A stretch of 64,000 nt of DNA from Candidatus Hadarchaeales archaeon (GTDB taxonomy: Archaea; Hadarchaeota; Hadarchaeia; Hadarchaeales; Hadarchaeaceae). Both the position numbers and the translations under genes were made by a program. Position 1 is the first letter of the stretch. Each line of letters begins with the position of its first letter. The stretch is from positions 32,001-96,000 of the forward strand of contig JAWCLG010000001.1 in the NCBI GenBank assembly GCA_038851075.1, written 5' to 3'. Below the pieces are notes generated by a model. It saw only the letters and a program-made list of their open reading frames with translations. It was not told where the DNA came from and did not search any database. This document shows positions 36,780-45,488 of the stretch, piece by piece.

Positions 36780-38024
36780 CTACTGCCGTTTGGACATCTG
36801 CGTCCAGTTGTAGTTCGTTTCCAGATCCACGTTGGGATTGAAAAGCGAGCTGTTCGTCAGTATGTAATCGCCCTGCCCGTTTGTCCACGCATAATCGTAA
36901 CCGTTTGGCAGTTCCACCGACGGGTGGTCACCCGTGCCGAATTCCACAATCCCCGGGGTTGGGTCATATGCTTCCACCCCTCGAATCACCTCACTCCACT
37001 CCATTGATATTTTTTCCATTGTCGCTTCCTGGTTTGAAAAAGTTGTATCTATTATCCTGGCGACCTCATTCTGCATTTGCACAACGGCCTGATGCCTCTC
37101 CATTATCCCCTCGAGGAACCGCTGCCAGATGTTCACCAAAAGACTGGAGTAATTATCAAGCCATTCCTGATTCCACCTGAAGGAATTTAGAACGCTCATC
37201 AGCACCCTCGCATTTTCTCGAGTGATCTCTCCCTCTGCCCGGAGAGACCATATGCCGCACGCGTACCAGAAAGTGCTGGTCATTCTCACACCCATGCTCT
37301 GCTCCATCTCCGGCGTCGTTCTAAATGTATCAACCAGAATAACTGTCCATATCTCCTCCTCCACATTCTCACCGTTTTCTAGGTAGGACACCCTCAACCC
37401 GGCAGCATCGACTGCAACCTCCTCCAAAAACGCCACCTCGGGACGCTGGGACATCAAGTTTTCGATCTGTCTGATGAGGTCGCTGTCACTCAGCTGCATT
37501 TCGCTGACAACCCTGAGCCCGATGATGCCTGGACGATACCTCGGAATCACTATTTCTGATATGTAATCTGTCGGGTTCATTGGCTGAGACATTCCGTATC
37601 CCTGATACTGCGCTGCGTACATTGCCCGCAGTTCCGGACCATAATCGTATGGTATTAAAAGACCGATGCCTTCCACCCAAAAATACGCCTCGTCTGGAAA
37701 TACTTCCAACCTCAGACCCTCCGGCCCGCTAATCCTGAAGTCCAATGATGCAGGCAGAAGCGGTCTGTCCGCGCGCCAGGTTATTCCACCGCTGAGCTCC
37801 CACCCAAGGGGAACGATCACGCTGAAGGCCTCGAGATTCGTGCGTTCCTCGTCGATTACCTCTTCAGTTTTAAGGTATAGGCAGGCCGCGGTCAATGCTC
37901 CCCCGTCCTGCTGTGTTCCGCCGCCGCGTTCGCCTCAGGAGCCCGACAGAAAAATCGCGGCTGCGGCAACTCCGACTATAACCACAACAACTATAAAAAT
38001 CGCCAAGGCGGCCCCGATCCTCAT
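36780..38024 (-). pseudogene. Membrane-anchored/secreted hypothetical protein interrupted by one in-frame TGA
   Basis: ATG 38024 gives MRIGAALAIFIVVVVIVGVAAAAIFLSGS*GERGGGTQQDGGALTAACLYLK...; TGA at 37935-37937, then the same frame is open to 36780. Confidence 0.7.
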
Positions 38025-38140
38025 TTGAGCGTGCCTCAAGCTCTCCGCATTAACCTGAACTTTTTCTAGATATATATTTCAGAGGGATGGAGGCCATCCA
38101 CCCATCACTTTATAAGCATCATATTCCGAATAAGGAAAGA

Positions 38141-38196
38141 GCACAACTGGCTTTTTGAAAAGCCTGAGAAACAGGGAACTGTTCCTCGAGTTGTGT
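38141..38196 (+). ncRNA. Structured 5' leader (three-way junction), candidate cis-regulatory RNA
   Basis: P1 GCACAACT/AGTTGTGT; P2 GGCTTT-TTGA-AAAGCC; P3 GAGAAACAG-GGAA-CTGTTCCTC. Begins about 25 nt after TATA TTTATAAG (38109-16). Confidence 0.55.
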
Positions 38197-38220
38197 GAAA
38201 AAGAAAAGGAGAGTTAGAAA

Positions 38221-38394
38221 ATGGCGTATGGAAGATTCGGTAGGCCGAGAAGGTTTGGACCACGCGAAATGCACAAAGCCGTCTGTTCGGATTGCGGTGC
38301 AGAGTGTGAGGTCCCGTTCAAGCCGACCGAGGGAAGACCCGTGTACTGCCAGACCTGCTGGCAGAAGCACAGGACATCCAGATCAGGTCCTTGA
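38221..38394 (+). CDS. CxxC-x17-CxxC Zn-ribbon small protein (57 aa; missing from ORF track)
   Basis: MAYGRFGRPRRFGPREMHKAVCSDCGAECEVPFKPTEGRPVYCQTCWQKHR: typical REM..A.CS.CG..CEVPF.P..GRPVYC..C with RG-rich N-terminus. Confidence 0.9.
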   Translation: MAYGRFGRPRRFGPREMHKAVCSDCGAECEVPFKPTEGRPVYCQTCWQKHRTSRSGP

Positions 38395-38422
38395 ATATGC
38401 GGATCTATCTCGGGTGATTAGT

Positions 38423-38466
38423 GGCCGCTGAAACGCAAAAGGAGCGGCCTTCAATTTTTAATTTTT
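38423..38466 (+). terminator. Hairpin plus T-rich tract after the Zn-ribbon gene
   Basis: GGCCGCT (38423-29)/AGCGGCC (38443-49), followed by TTCAATTTTTAATTTTT. Confidence 0.55.
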
Positions 38467-38509
38467 AGTTAATCTTAAATGAGGCTGCGGTTAAGTAGGT
38501 GGGGTGAAC

Positions 38510-38785
38510 ATGAGAGGATGGTTGATACTCGGAGCAATATGCGTGTTTGTCGTCATATTGCCCATAATTGCGCTCGGAGGATATTTCGGGGACATTGCAA
38601 GAACAGTGGGGCAGGTAGTACTCACCGTTGTCCTGCTTGGTCTTCTGGTCGCAACCGGCGCTTTTGGATACATATGCATCAGGGCACAGGCTGCCAAATG
38701 GGGCGCGGGACTGGTGCTGATAGCGGTGCTGTGCCTTCTTGCGGTATTTTGGATATGGACGGGCAGGATACTGCTGGTCATCTGA
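38510..38785 (+). CDS. Small 3-TM membrane protein
   Basis: Strong SD GGTGGGGTGA; three hydrophobic helices. Confidence 0.65.
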   Translation: MRGWLILGAICVFVVILPIIALGGYFGDIARTVGQVVLTVVLLGLLVATGAFGYICIRAQAAKWGAGLVLIAVLCLLAVFWIWTGRILLVI

Positions 38786-39851
38786 AAACGGTGAGCTGCG
38801 AGTACCCGCTCTTCATCACTCTGACAGTGTCTTCCCACCTTGCTCCCCCGAGCCCAGGAACATAAACGCCTGGCTCCACGGTCAGGACCATGTTTCTTTT
38901 AAGGACATCCTTTGAAACCGGAGAGAGGCTCGGGAGTTCGTGTATGTCAAGGCCGACTCCGTGCCCGCTCCCGTGAAGGCAAAAGCGCGAATAACCTGCC
39001 TGGCCTATCACCCTCCTTGCCTCACCGTCCACATCTCTGGCCATTTTTCCGTCTCTGACCAGTTTTAAAGCAGCCGTTTGCGCCTTTTTAACGGCCTGCA
39101 CAAGCTTCTCCGCCTTTCCCGAAGCTCCTACTGAAAAAGTCCTGGTCATGTCGGAAGCATAACCCCTGTACGTGGCTCCCAGGTCAACGACAACGAGATC
39201 ACCCTTCCTGATCCTTCGGTCACCCGCGCCAGCGTGGGGCATCCATGAGTTCGGACCTGAAGCCACTACGGTGCCGAACGGTGTCCCGTCGGATCCGGCG
39301 CGCCTCATCTCCCTCTCCACCTCGGCCGCAAGCTCTATCTCGGATATCCCTTGAGAGATGCACTCTGCCGCGCATCTCATCCCTTTTGACGCTATCATTG
39401 CGGAGCGCCTTAGGAGAGCCAGCTCATCCGGAAACTTTACCTTTCTGACCTCAAGCACAAGATCGGGCGCGCTTCTGTAAGACGCATCATGAGCTACTCT
39501 CATCTTCCTGACGGTTTCCCGTGAAAGCACATCGAATCCTATCACCCGCGCGCCGGCCTCCCTCAGGCATTCCACGATGATCTTCCACGGCTCGCAGAAC
39601 AGGACTCTCTCTCCCCGCATCAGGGGCGTCTTCCACGATGAGAACGCGATGACATTTTTTATCGCGCTTTCCGTCTTCGCCCTGCCCAGCTCAAGCCTGC
39701 TGCATATCATGACCGGATCCTCATCAAGCGCAACTATGACTGCCTTGCCGGCGTCGGTACCAGACAGGTATCTTACGCTCTGAACCGTGATATAAGCGTC
39801 AAATCCCCTTCGCTGCATCTCCCTCCTTACCAGTGATAACCTTCTCCTCAC
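38778..39851 (-). CDS. Xaa-Pro peptidase (M24 family)
   Basis: VASGPN..MPH, VDLGA...GYASDMTRT, HGSGHGVGLDIHE, TVEPGVY, RWED. Confidence 0.92.
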   Translation of the reverse strand: MRRRLSLVRREMQRRGFDAYITVQSVRYLSGTDAGKAVIVALDEDPVMICSRLELGRAKTESAIKNVIAFSSWKTPLMRGERVLFCEPWKIIVECLREAGARVIGFDVLSRETVRKMRVAHDASYRSAPDLVLEVRKVKFPDELALLRRSAMIASKGMRCAAECISQGISEIELAAEVEREMRRAGSDGTPFGTVVASGPNSWMPHAGAGDRRIRKGDLVVVDLGATYRGYASDMTRTFSVGASGKAEKLVQAVKKAQTAALKLVRDGKMARDVDGEARRVIGQAGYSRFCLHGSGHGVGLDIHELPSLSPVSKDVLKRNMVLTVEPGVYVPGLGGARWEDTVRVMKSGYSQLTVFR

Positions 39852-39898
39852 AGGGCCACCAACACTGATTTAGCGTGATGTCATAATAATCCTGTTTG

Positions 39899-40429
39899 AT
39901 GGAGAGAAAACTGGAAGTCATGAGGAGATATGACGAAACAGCACATATATACAACAGAAGATACTCAGCAATCCAGCGGAAGAAGTACTCCGCCATAAAA
40001 AAATTCATGCCGGGAAGATGCGGCGTTGCCCTTGACCTCGGATGCGGAAGCGGACTTTTCTTTGAGGAGCTGAGCAAAAGGGCAGAGATTCTCGTGGGGC
40101 AGGATATTTCAGAGGGCATGCTTAAAATAGCGGGTAAAATAAAACATCGGCTTCTGGTGCGCGGTGATGCGGAGCACCTGCCCTTTTCCGACGATGTCTT
40201 TGATCTTGTGGTAAGCGTGACCCTGATGCAGAATGTCGCTGACCCGGAGATGACCATGAAGGAGATCGCGAGGGTGCTCAAGAGGGGAGGAAGGGCCGTG
40301 GTGACCTCCCTAAGAAAAAAATACGGATATAAGTATCTGAGGGAACTGGCTGAGAGATCCGGGATGCGAGTTCTGAAAGCGGAGGAGATCCAGGGCACGG
40401 AGGACGATATGTGCGTTGCGGTCAAATGA
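39899..40429 (+). CDS. Class I SAM-dependent methyltransferase (type 11)
   Basis: LDLGCGSG, DISEGML, GDAEHLPF, FDLV, RVLK.GG. Confidence 0.85.
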   Translation: MERKLEVMRRYDETAHIYNRRYSAIQRKKYSAIKKFMPGRCGVALDLGCGSGLFFEELSKRAEILVGQDISEGMLKIAGKIKHRLLVRGDAEHLPFSDDVFDLVVSVTLMQNVADPEMTMKEIARVLKRGGRAVVTSLRKKYGYKYLRELAERSGMRVLKAEEIQGTEDDMCVAVK

Positions 40430-40469
40430 CATTGTTTTTATCCATGAGAGAAAGATTTAATGAGTATCC

Positions 40470-41267
40470 ATGGAGGGACATGATTTCAGGAAAAAGCTAG
40501 CAGAGGCAAGAAGAATAGTGGTGAAGGTGGGAACCAGTAGCCTGACCGGCAGAAATTCAGGGCTAGATCCTGTTAAGGTCGGCAGGCTCGTGAGCGGAAT
40601 AATGAAACTGAGGGAGTCGGGCAGAGAGGTCATCCTGGTCTCATCCGGGGCCATAGGTGCAGGCATCAGCCGCCTCAATATGAAGAAACGGCCGAAGGAA
40701 ATGTCAAAACTTCAGGCGGCTGCCGCCGTGGGGCAGGGAATTCTGATGCAGGTTTACTCAAGGTACTTTAACGAATACGGACAGATCGTGGCGCAGATGC
40801 TGCTCACAGGGGAGGACTTCCTGGACAAAAAGAGGTATCAGAACTTCAGGAACACCATGCAGACGCTTCTCAAGTGGGGAGCGGTGCCGGTAATAAACGA
40901 AAATGACACGGTCGAAATTGAGGAGATAAGGCTCGGAGACAATGATACGCTGTCCGCATACGTCGCTGTGGGCTCCAGGGCAGATCTGCTCATAATTCTT
41001 TCTGACGTTGACGGCGTCTACATGAAACGCGGCGGCAAAAAAAGTGTAATAAAGACCGTGGAGAGGGTAACAAAGTCACTTGAATCCCTCGCGGAGGAGG
41101 AGTACAGCGGCACAGGAGGAATCAGGACCAAAATACGCGCGGCGAGGATCGCCACAAGGGCTGGCATACCTGTCGTGGTTGCAAACTCAGCTGAGAAAAA
41201 CGTTCTGGAAAAGATAGTTTCCGGAGCGGAGATAGGGACAATATTCCTGCCGGTGAAAAGACCATGA
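40470..41267 (+). CDS. proB: Glutamate 5-kinase (no PUA domain)
   Basis: VVKVGTSSL, VSSGAI, AAVGQ, INENDTV, GDNDTLS, GTGG..TK. Confidence 0.95.
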   Translation: MEGHDFRKKLAEARRIVVKVGTSSLTGRNSGLDPVKVGRLVSGIMKLRESGREVILVSSGAIGAGISRLNMKKRPKEMSKLQAAAAVGQGILMQVYSRYFNEYGQIVAQMLLTGEDFLDKKRYQNFRNTMQTLLKWGAVPVINENDTVEIEEIRLGDNDTLSAYVAVGSRADLLIILSDVDGVYMKRGGKKSVIKTVERVTKSLESLAEEEYSGTGGIRTKIRAARIATRAGIPVVVANSAEKNVLEKIVSGAEIGTIFLPVKRP

Positions 41268-42598
41268 AGATCCCGGAAAAGGTTGCCGCGGCGAGAAAGG
41301 CTGCTCTTGCGCTGGCAGAAACTTCAGACGAGGTCAGACGGAGGGCGCTCCAAGTTGCAGCGGAGATGATATCCAAACGGTACAACCAGATACTCGAGTC
41401 AAACCAGAAGGATATAGAGCACGCTGAACTTCTCCTCAGAAAGGGGAAGATATCAAAACCGATGCTTCAGAGGCTCAAGCTTGACGAGTCCAAGATTAAG
41501 GACATAGTCAGGATGGTCGAAAGCGTGGCAAAACTTGAAGACCCGATAGGAAGGACGCTCTACGCCGTCGAGCTGGACAGCGGCTTGGAGCTCTACAAGA
41601 TCTCATGTCCGATAGGAGTCATCGGCGCCATATTCGAGGCCAGGCCTGATGTTCTCCCGCAGCTCTCGGCACTCTGCCTGAGGTCAGCGAACGCGGTTAT
41701 ACTCAAGGGCGGAAGGGAGGCGAGGCACACAAACAGAACACTTTTCAGCGTGATAAAGGAGGCCACGGAATCTGAGGGAGTTCCGGAGGGGTGGATACAG
41801 ATCATGGAGGAGAGAAAGGAGATAAGGGATATGCTAAAGCTCAGCGATATGATCGACCTGATAATCCCGAGGGGAAGCAGAGAATTTGTGAAATACATAC
41901 AGGAGAACACGCGAATACCCGTTCTGGGGCATGCCGAAGGGATATGCCACCTGTATGTTGACGAGGACGCGGATCTGGACACCGCGCTCCGGGTATGCTA
42001 TGACGCCAAAGTGCAGTACCCGGCGGTGTGCAATGCGGTCGAGAAGATACTAGTTCACAGAAAAATAGCAGGGGAATTTCTTCCGGCTCTTGCAAACAGG
42101 TACAGAGAGGCCGGCGTCGAGATAAGGGGATGCGATAAGACAAGAGAGATATTGAAAAACGTCAAGAAAGCCAGCGAAAAGGACTGGAGAACTGAATATC
42201 TGGACCTGATAGTGACAATCAGAGTAGTCGACGACATGGGGCAGGCCATAGATCACATAAACACTTACGGTTCCAAACACACTGACGGTATAATAACAAA
42301 AAACATGAAAAATGCCATTAAATTTATGAACAGCGTCGACTCATCCTCGGTTATGCTGAACGCCTCAACCAGATTCAGCGATGGATACAGGTATGGACTC
42401 GGTGCTGAAGTCGGCATAAGCACGGGCAAGATACATGCGAGGGGACCTGTCGGACTCGAGGGGCTCACGACAACAAAATATTATCTCATAGGAAAAGGGC
42501 ACGTTGTTTCGGATTACATCGGGCAGAACGCAAGACCATTCACTCACATGCGCCTCAAAAGAGAATGGAAGGACTTTGTCTCTTCTATCGGAGGATGA
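41264..42598 (+). CDS. proA: Gamma-glutamyl phosphate reductase
   Basis: PIGVIGAIFEARP, LIIPRGS, GICHLYV, CNAVE, NASTRFSDG, GISTGKIHARGPVGL. Confidence 0.96.
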   Translation: MKIPEKVAAARKAALALAETSDEVRRRALQVAAEMISKRYNQILESNQKDIEHAELLLRKGKISKPMLQRLKLDESKIKDIVRMVESVAKLEDPIGRTLYAVELDSGLELYKISCPIGVIGAIFEARPDVLPQLSALCLRSANAVILKGGREARHTNRTLFSVIKEATESEGVPEGWIQIMEERKEIRDMLKLSDMIDLIIPRGSREFVKYIQENTRIPVLGHAEGICHLYVDEDADLDTALRVCYDAKVQYPAVCNAVEKILVHRKIAGEFLPALANRYREAGVEIRGCDKTREILKNVKKASEKDWRTEYLDLIVTIRVVDDMGQAIDHINTYGSKHTDGIITKNMKNAIKFMNSVDSSSVMLNASTRFSDGYRYGLGAEVGISTGKIHARGPVGLEGLTTTKYYLIGKGHVVSDYIGQNARPFTHMRLKREWKDFVSSIGG

Positions 42599-42602
42599 GC
42601 TG

Positions 42603-43088
42603 TTGAAATACAGGTGCGTTGCCGTCGGTGGCACGTTTGACTACTTTCATGACGGACACAGGGAGCTGATATCCAAAGCCTATGAGATCGGAGAGAGGGT
42701 GTTACTGGGGCTTTGCTCCGACGAGATGCAGGAGCTTCTGAGAAAGGATTCCGCCGGAGTGAGACCGCTGGCTGTGAGGATGTTCGAAGTCCTCAACTTC
42801 ATCTCTAAAAATGGATGGCTCGAGAGAACTGAGATAGTGACACTTAACGACCCATATGGTCCTGCCGCTAGCAGGGGCAGCATAGACGCAATAGTGGTCA
42901 GTCCCGGCACGAGGAAAACAGCGGAGGAGATAAACAGAATTAGGTCAGAAAAAGGGATGCCCCCTCTGGAAATAGTGGAAATCCCCTATGTACTCGCACA
43001 GGACAGGACGCCAATATCCTCAATAAAGATAAGGTATGGAGAAATGGACGAACACGGTAAACTTCTCAAAAATTCCAAGGTCGCATGA
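42603..43088 (+). CDS. coaD: Phosphopantetheine adenylyltransferase (archaeal)
   Basis: VAVGGTFD.FHDGH, L.DPYGP, IVVS, ISS..IR.GE.D; start TTG 42603. Confidence 0.88.
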   Translation: MKYRCVAVGGTFDYFHDGHRELISKAYEIGERVLLGLCSDEMQELLRKDSAGVRPLAVRMFEVLNFISKNGWLERTEIVTLNDPYGPAASRGSIDAIVVSPGTRKTAEEINRIRSEKGMPPLEIVEIPYVLAQDRTPISSIKIRYGEMDEHGKLLKNSKVA

Positions 43089-43133
43089 TGCGACGCACCG
43101 ATTTAAGTCATGGGCACGATTTTATATGGGAGC

Positions 43134-44471
43134 ATGTCGGGCTACAGGGGTGCTGCGCTCAGGCTCATCAAAAGAGCCTCCGCTGATGTCGGCGACCTGA
43201 TATTCATCGAGACCGGGGGGCAGAGGTATGAAGGCGTGCTGATGCCGCGCAGCGGCCTTGCTGAGTCGGAGCACATAGTGATCAAATTGCGCAACGGCTA
43301 CAACATCGGAGTAAGGGCGGACAAAAGGACCAAAATGGGCGTGATTGAAAAGGGAAAACCTCCCTCACTCACGATGCCAGTCCTTCATGGGATCGAAAAA
43401 AAGGGCAATCCTGTTACCATCATCGGAACCGGAGGAACAATAGCGAGCAGGGTTGACTACAGGACCGGTGCGGTTTATCCCGCCTTCACTCCGCAGGAGA
43501 TTTACACCGCTGTCCCAGAGCTCGCAGACATCGCAGAGATAAGGGCGCTGGAGGTGTGCAACGTATTCAGCGAGCACATGACGCCAGACCTCTGGGTGAA
43601 GATAGGCAGGGCGGTTGCACGGGAGATCAGAAGAGGGGCATCCGGAGTGGTTGTGGCTCACGGAACGGACACCATGGGGTACACAGCCGCTGCGCTCAGC
43701 TTCATGCTCGGAAACCTGTACAGGCCTGTTGTTATGGTGGGCTCCCAGCGCTCCTCGGACAGGCCGAGCAGCGACGCATCCCTTAATCTTATCTCCGCGG
43801 TCAACGTGGCGGCAAACTCAGATATAGCGGAGGTGACCGTCGTTATGCACGGCTCGATGGATGACGACCGCTGCCTGATTCACAGGGGCACCAAAGTCAG
43901 AAAATGCCACACCAGCCGCAGGGACGCTTTTCTGTCTGTGAACGACCTTCCGCTGGGATCCGTAAGCGCGGGAAAAATCGAGATGATGAGAGACGATTAC
44001 AACCATGCCTCAAAAAGCGGAAACATCAGATTCATGGGGAAATTTGAGAAGAGAGTCGTGCTGCTCAAAGCCACACCGGGATTTCCGTCCGATCTCATGG
44101 AGAGGATGATAAAGGCCGGTTGCAGGGGATTCGTGATTGAAGGGACTGGACTCGGGCATGTTCCGGAGAGCATGTTCCGCGGAATCAGAAGAGCAGCGGC
44201 ATCAGGTGTGCCGGTTGTCATGACCTCGCAGTGCCTCTGGGGCAGAGTCAACATGAAAGTTTACTCGACGGGGCGGGACCTGCTCGACATGGGGGTGATA
44301 CCGGGTGATGATATGCTGCCGGAAACCGCCTGGGTCAAGCTCATGTGGGTGCTTGGACAAACACGGAAAATCAGCAGGATAATCGAAATGATGCAGAAGA
44401 ACATCGCGGGAGAGAAAACCCAAAGAAGCGTTCCCGAATCTTACGAGCCAAGACTCCTTGAAGGAAGCTGA
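43134..44471 (+). CDS. gatD: Glu-tRNA(Gln) amidotransferase subunit D
   Basis: KL.NGYNIG, TGGTIASRVDYRTG, HGTDT, GSQRSSDRPSSD, K.HTSRRDAF. Confidence 0.96.
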   Translation: MSGYRGAALRLIKRASADVGDLIFIETGGQRYEGVLMPRSGLAESEHIVIKLRNGYNIGVRADKRTKMGVIEKGKPPSLTMPVLHGIEKKGNPVTIIGTGGTIASRVDYRTGAVYPAFTPQEIYTAVPELADIAEIRALEVCNVFSEHMTPDLWVKIGRAVAREIRRGASGVVVAHGTDTMGYTAAALSFMLGNLYRPVVMVGSQRSSDRPSSDASLNLISAVNVAANSDIAEVTVVMHGSMDDDRCLIHRGTKVRKCHTSRRDAFLSVNDLPLGSVSAGKIEMMRDDYNHASKSGNIRFMGKFEKRVVLLKATPGFPSDLMERMIKAGCRGFVIEGTGLGHVPESMFRGIRRAAASGVPVVMTSQCLWGRVNMKVYSTGRDLLDMGVIPGDDMLPETAWVKLMWVLGQTRKISRIIEMMQKNIAGEKTQRSVPESYEPRLLEGS

Positions 44472-44473
44472 GT

Positions 44474-45373
44474 CTACACGATCCCAAAAAACTTCAGAGC
44501 GAATGTTGCACCGATGCTCACAAAAGTAGGGATGAAGACGCTCTGTGCTGTGGAACTGACATCAAGGCCGAATCTCGAGCTTATTATGACGTTGGTGAAG
44601 GCTGTGGGCATTATCGACATTATAATAAACGTGTTGCGCATGTTCCCGGAAATTCCAAGCACGACTATTAAAACCGCTGCAATCAGGGGCGATATCAAGA
44701 AGCGGATGAACGTTATGAGAGCAGGCACCCTTCTTCTCAGGGTAAGGCTGTCCCTGGAGAGGGGTATCATGAGGCCTGCAAACACCAGGCTGAGATAGAC
44801 GGTCAGTGACCCAAAGCCGGAAATCAGCAAGAATTCTCCAGACGAAGCGATGCCGCCAAGCAGGGGCCTCGCCAGAAGCCCTGCGGCGAAAGCGATAAGC
44901 GGGGGAAACTTCACGGACTCATATATGGTCCAGCGCACCCCCTCTCTTTTTCCCCATCTCGAGGCAAGAAAAACTCCGGCTGTGTTGTGAACGATCATGT
45001 AAGGAAGGCTGAAAACCAGCGCGAGGGAGAGGTCGCCGTAAAATGCGTAAATTAGGGGAAAAGGCAGGAACATCGAGTTAAAAAATGTGGAATTTATGAC
45101 AACGGTGCCCATCTCGACCCTTGACATCCGGCGCGACAGGGCGTAACTGACCACGAAGCAGGTGCACATGTATAAAAGGGAAATCGCGATGGTCTCAGCT
45201 ATCGAGATTGCGCCAAAGTTCATTCTGACCATCTCTGTGAACATCAGGATCGGGTATGTCACGTAAACTATGAAATTCTCCAGATATCTCCAGGGCCCTC
45301 TCTTCCAAGCCAGCTTGAGCCCTATCCCTGCAAAAAGCAGTACAGGTATCAGCGAAATTTTGAGGATATCCAT
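44474..45373 (-). CDS. AEC (auxin efflux carrier) family permease
   Basis: About 10 TM; YVTYP, FFNSMFLPFP, FPPLIA, RFLISP, MPTA. Confidence 0.82.
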   Translation of the reverse strand: MDILKISLIPVLLFAGIGLKLAWKRGPWRYLENFIVYVTYPILMFTEMVRMNFGAISIAETIAISLLYMCTCFVVSYALSRRMSRVEMGTVVINSTFFNSMFLPFPLIYAFYGDLSLALVFSLPYMIVHNTAGVFLASRWGKREGVRWTIYESVKFPPLIAFAAGLLARPLLGGIASSGEFLLISGFGSLTVYLSLVFAGLMIPLSRDSLTLRRRVPALITFIRFLISPLIAAVLIVVLGISGNMRNTFIIMSIMPTAFTNVIISSRFGLDVSSTAQSVFIPTFVSIGATFALKFFGIV

Positions 45374-45488
45374 CGCATCCCGAGGGAGAGTATCAACATA
45401 CGGATAAAAATATGCTGATTCAACAGAACCAAGCTTCAAACGAGATTAGGTTAATTTAGACCGGAAACGCATTTGGAATGGTGCTGGC

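Noticed and set aside
38195-38431. 78-aa track ORF
   Set aside because: Alternative frame over the real CxxC-x17-CxxC gene (38221-38394).
38423-38449. Hairpin with GAA as a possible SECIS for the TGA at 37935
   Set aside because: Wrong strand and side, and it lacks the three G-C pairs after GAA; better read as a terminator/stability hairpin.
36740-38500. Integrated element at tRNA-Ala
   Set aside because: No integrase and no duplicated tRNA 3' end seen in the window.
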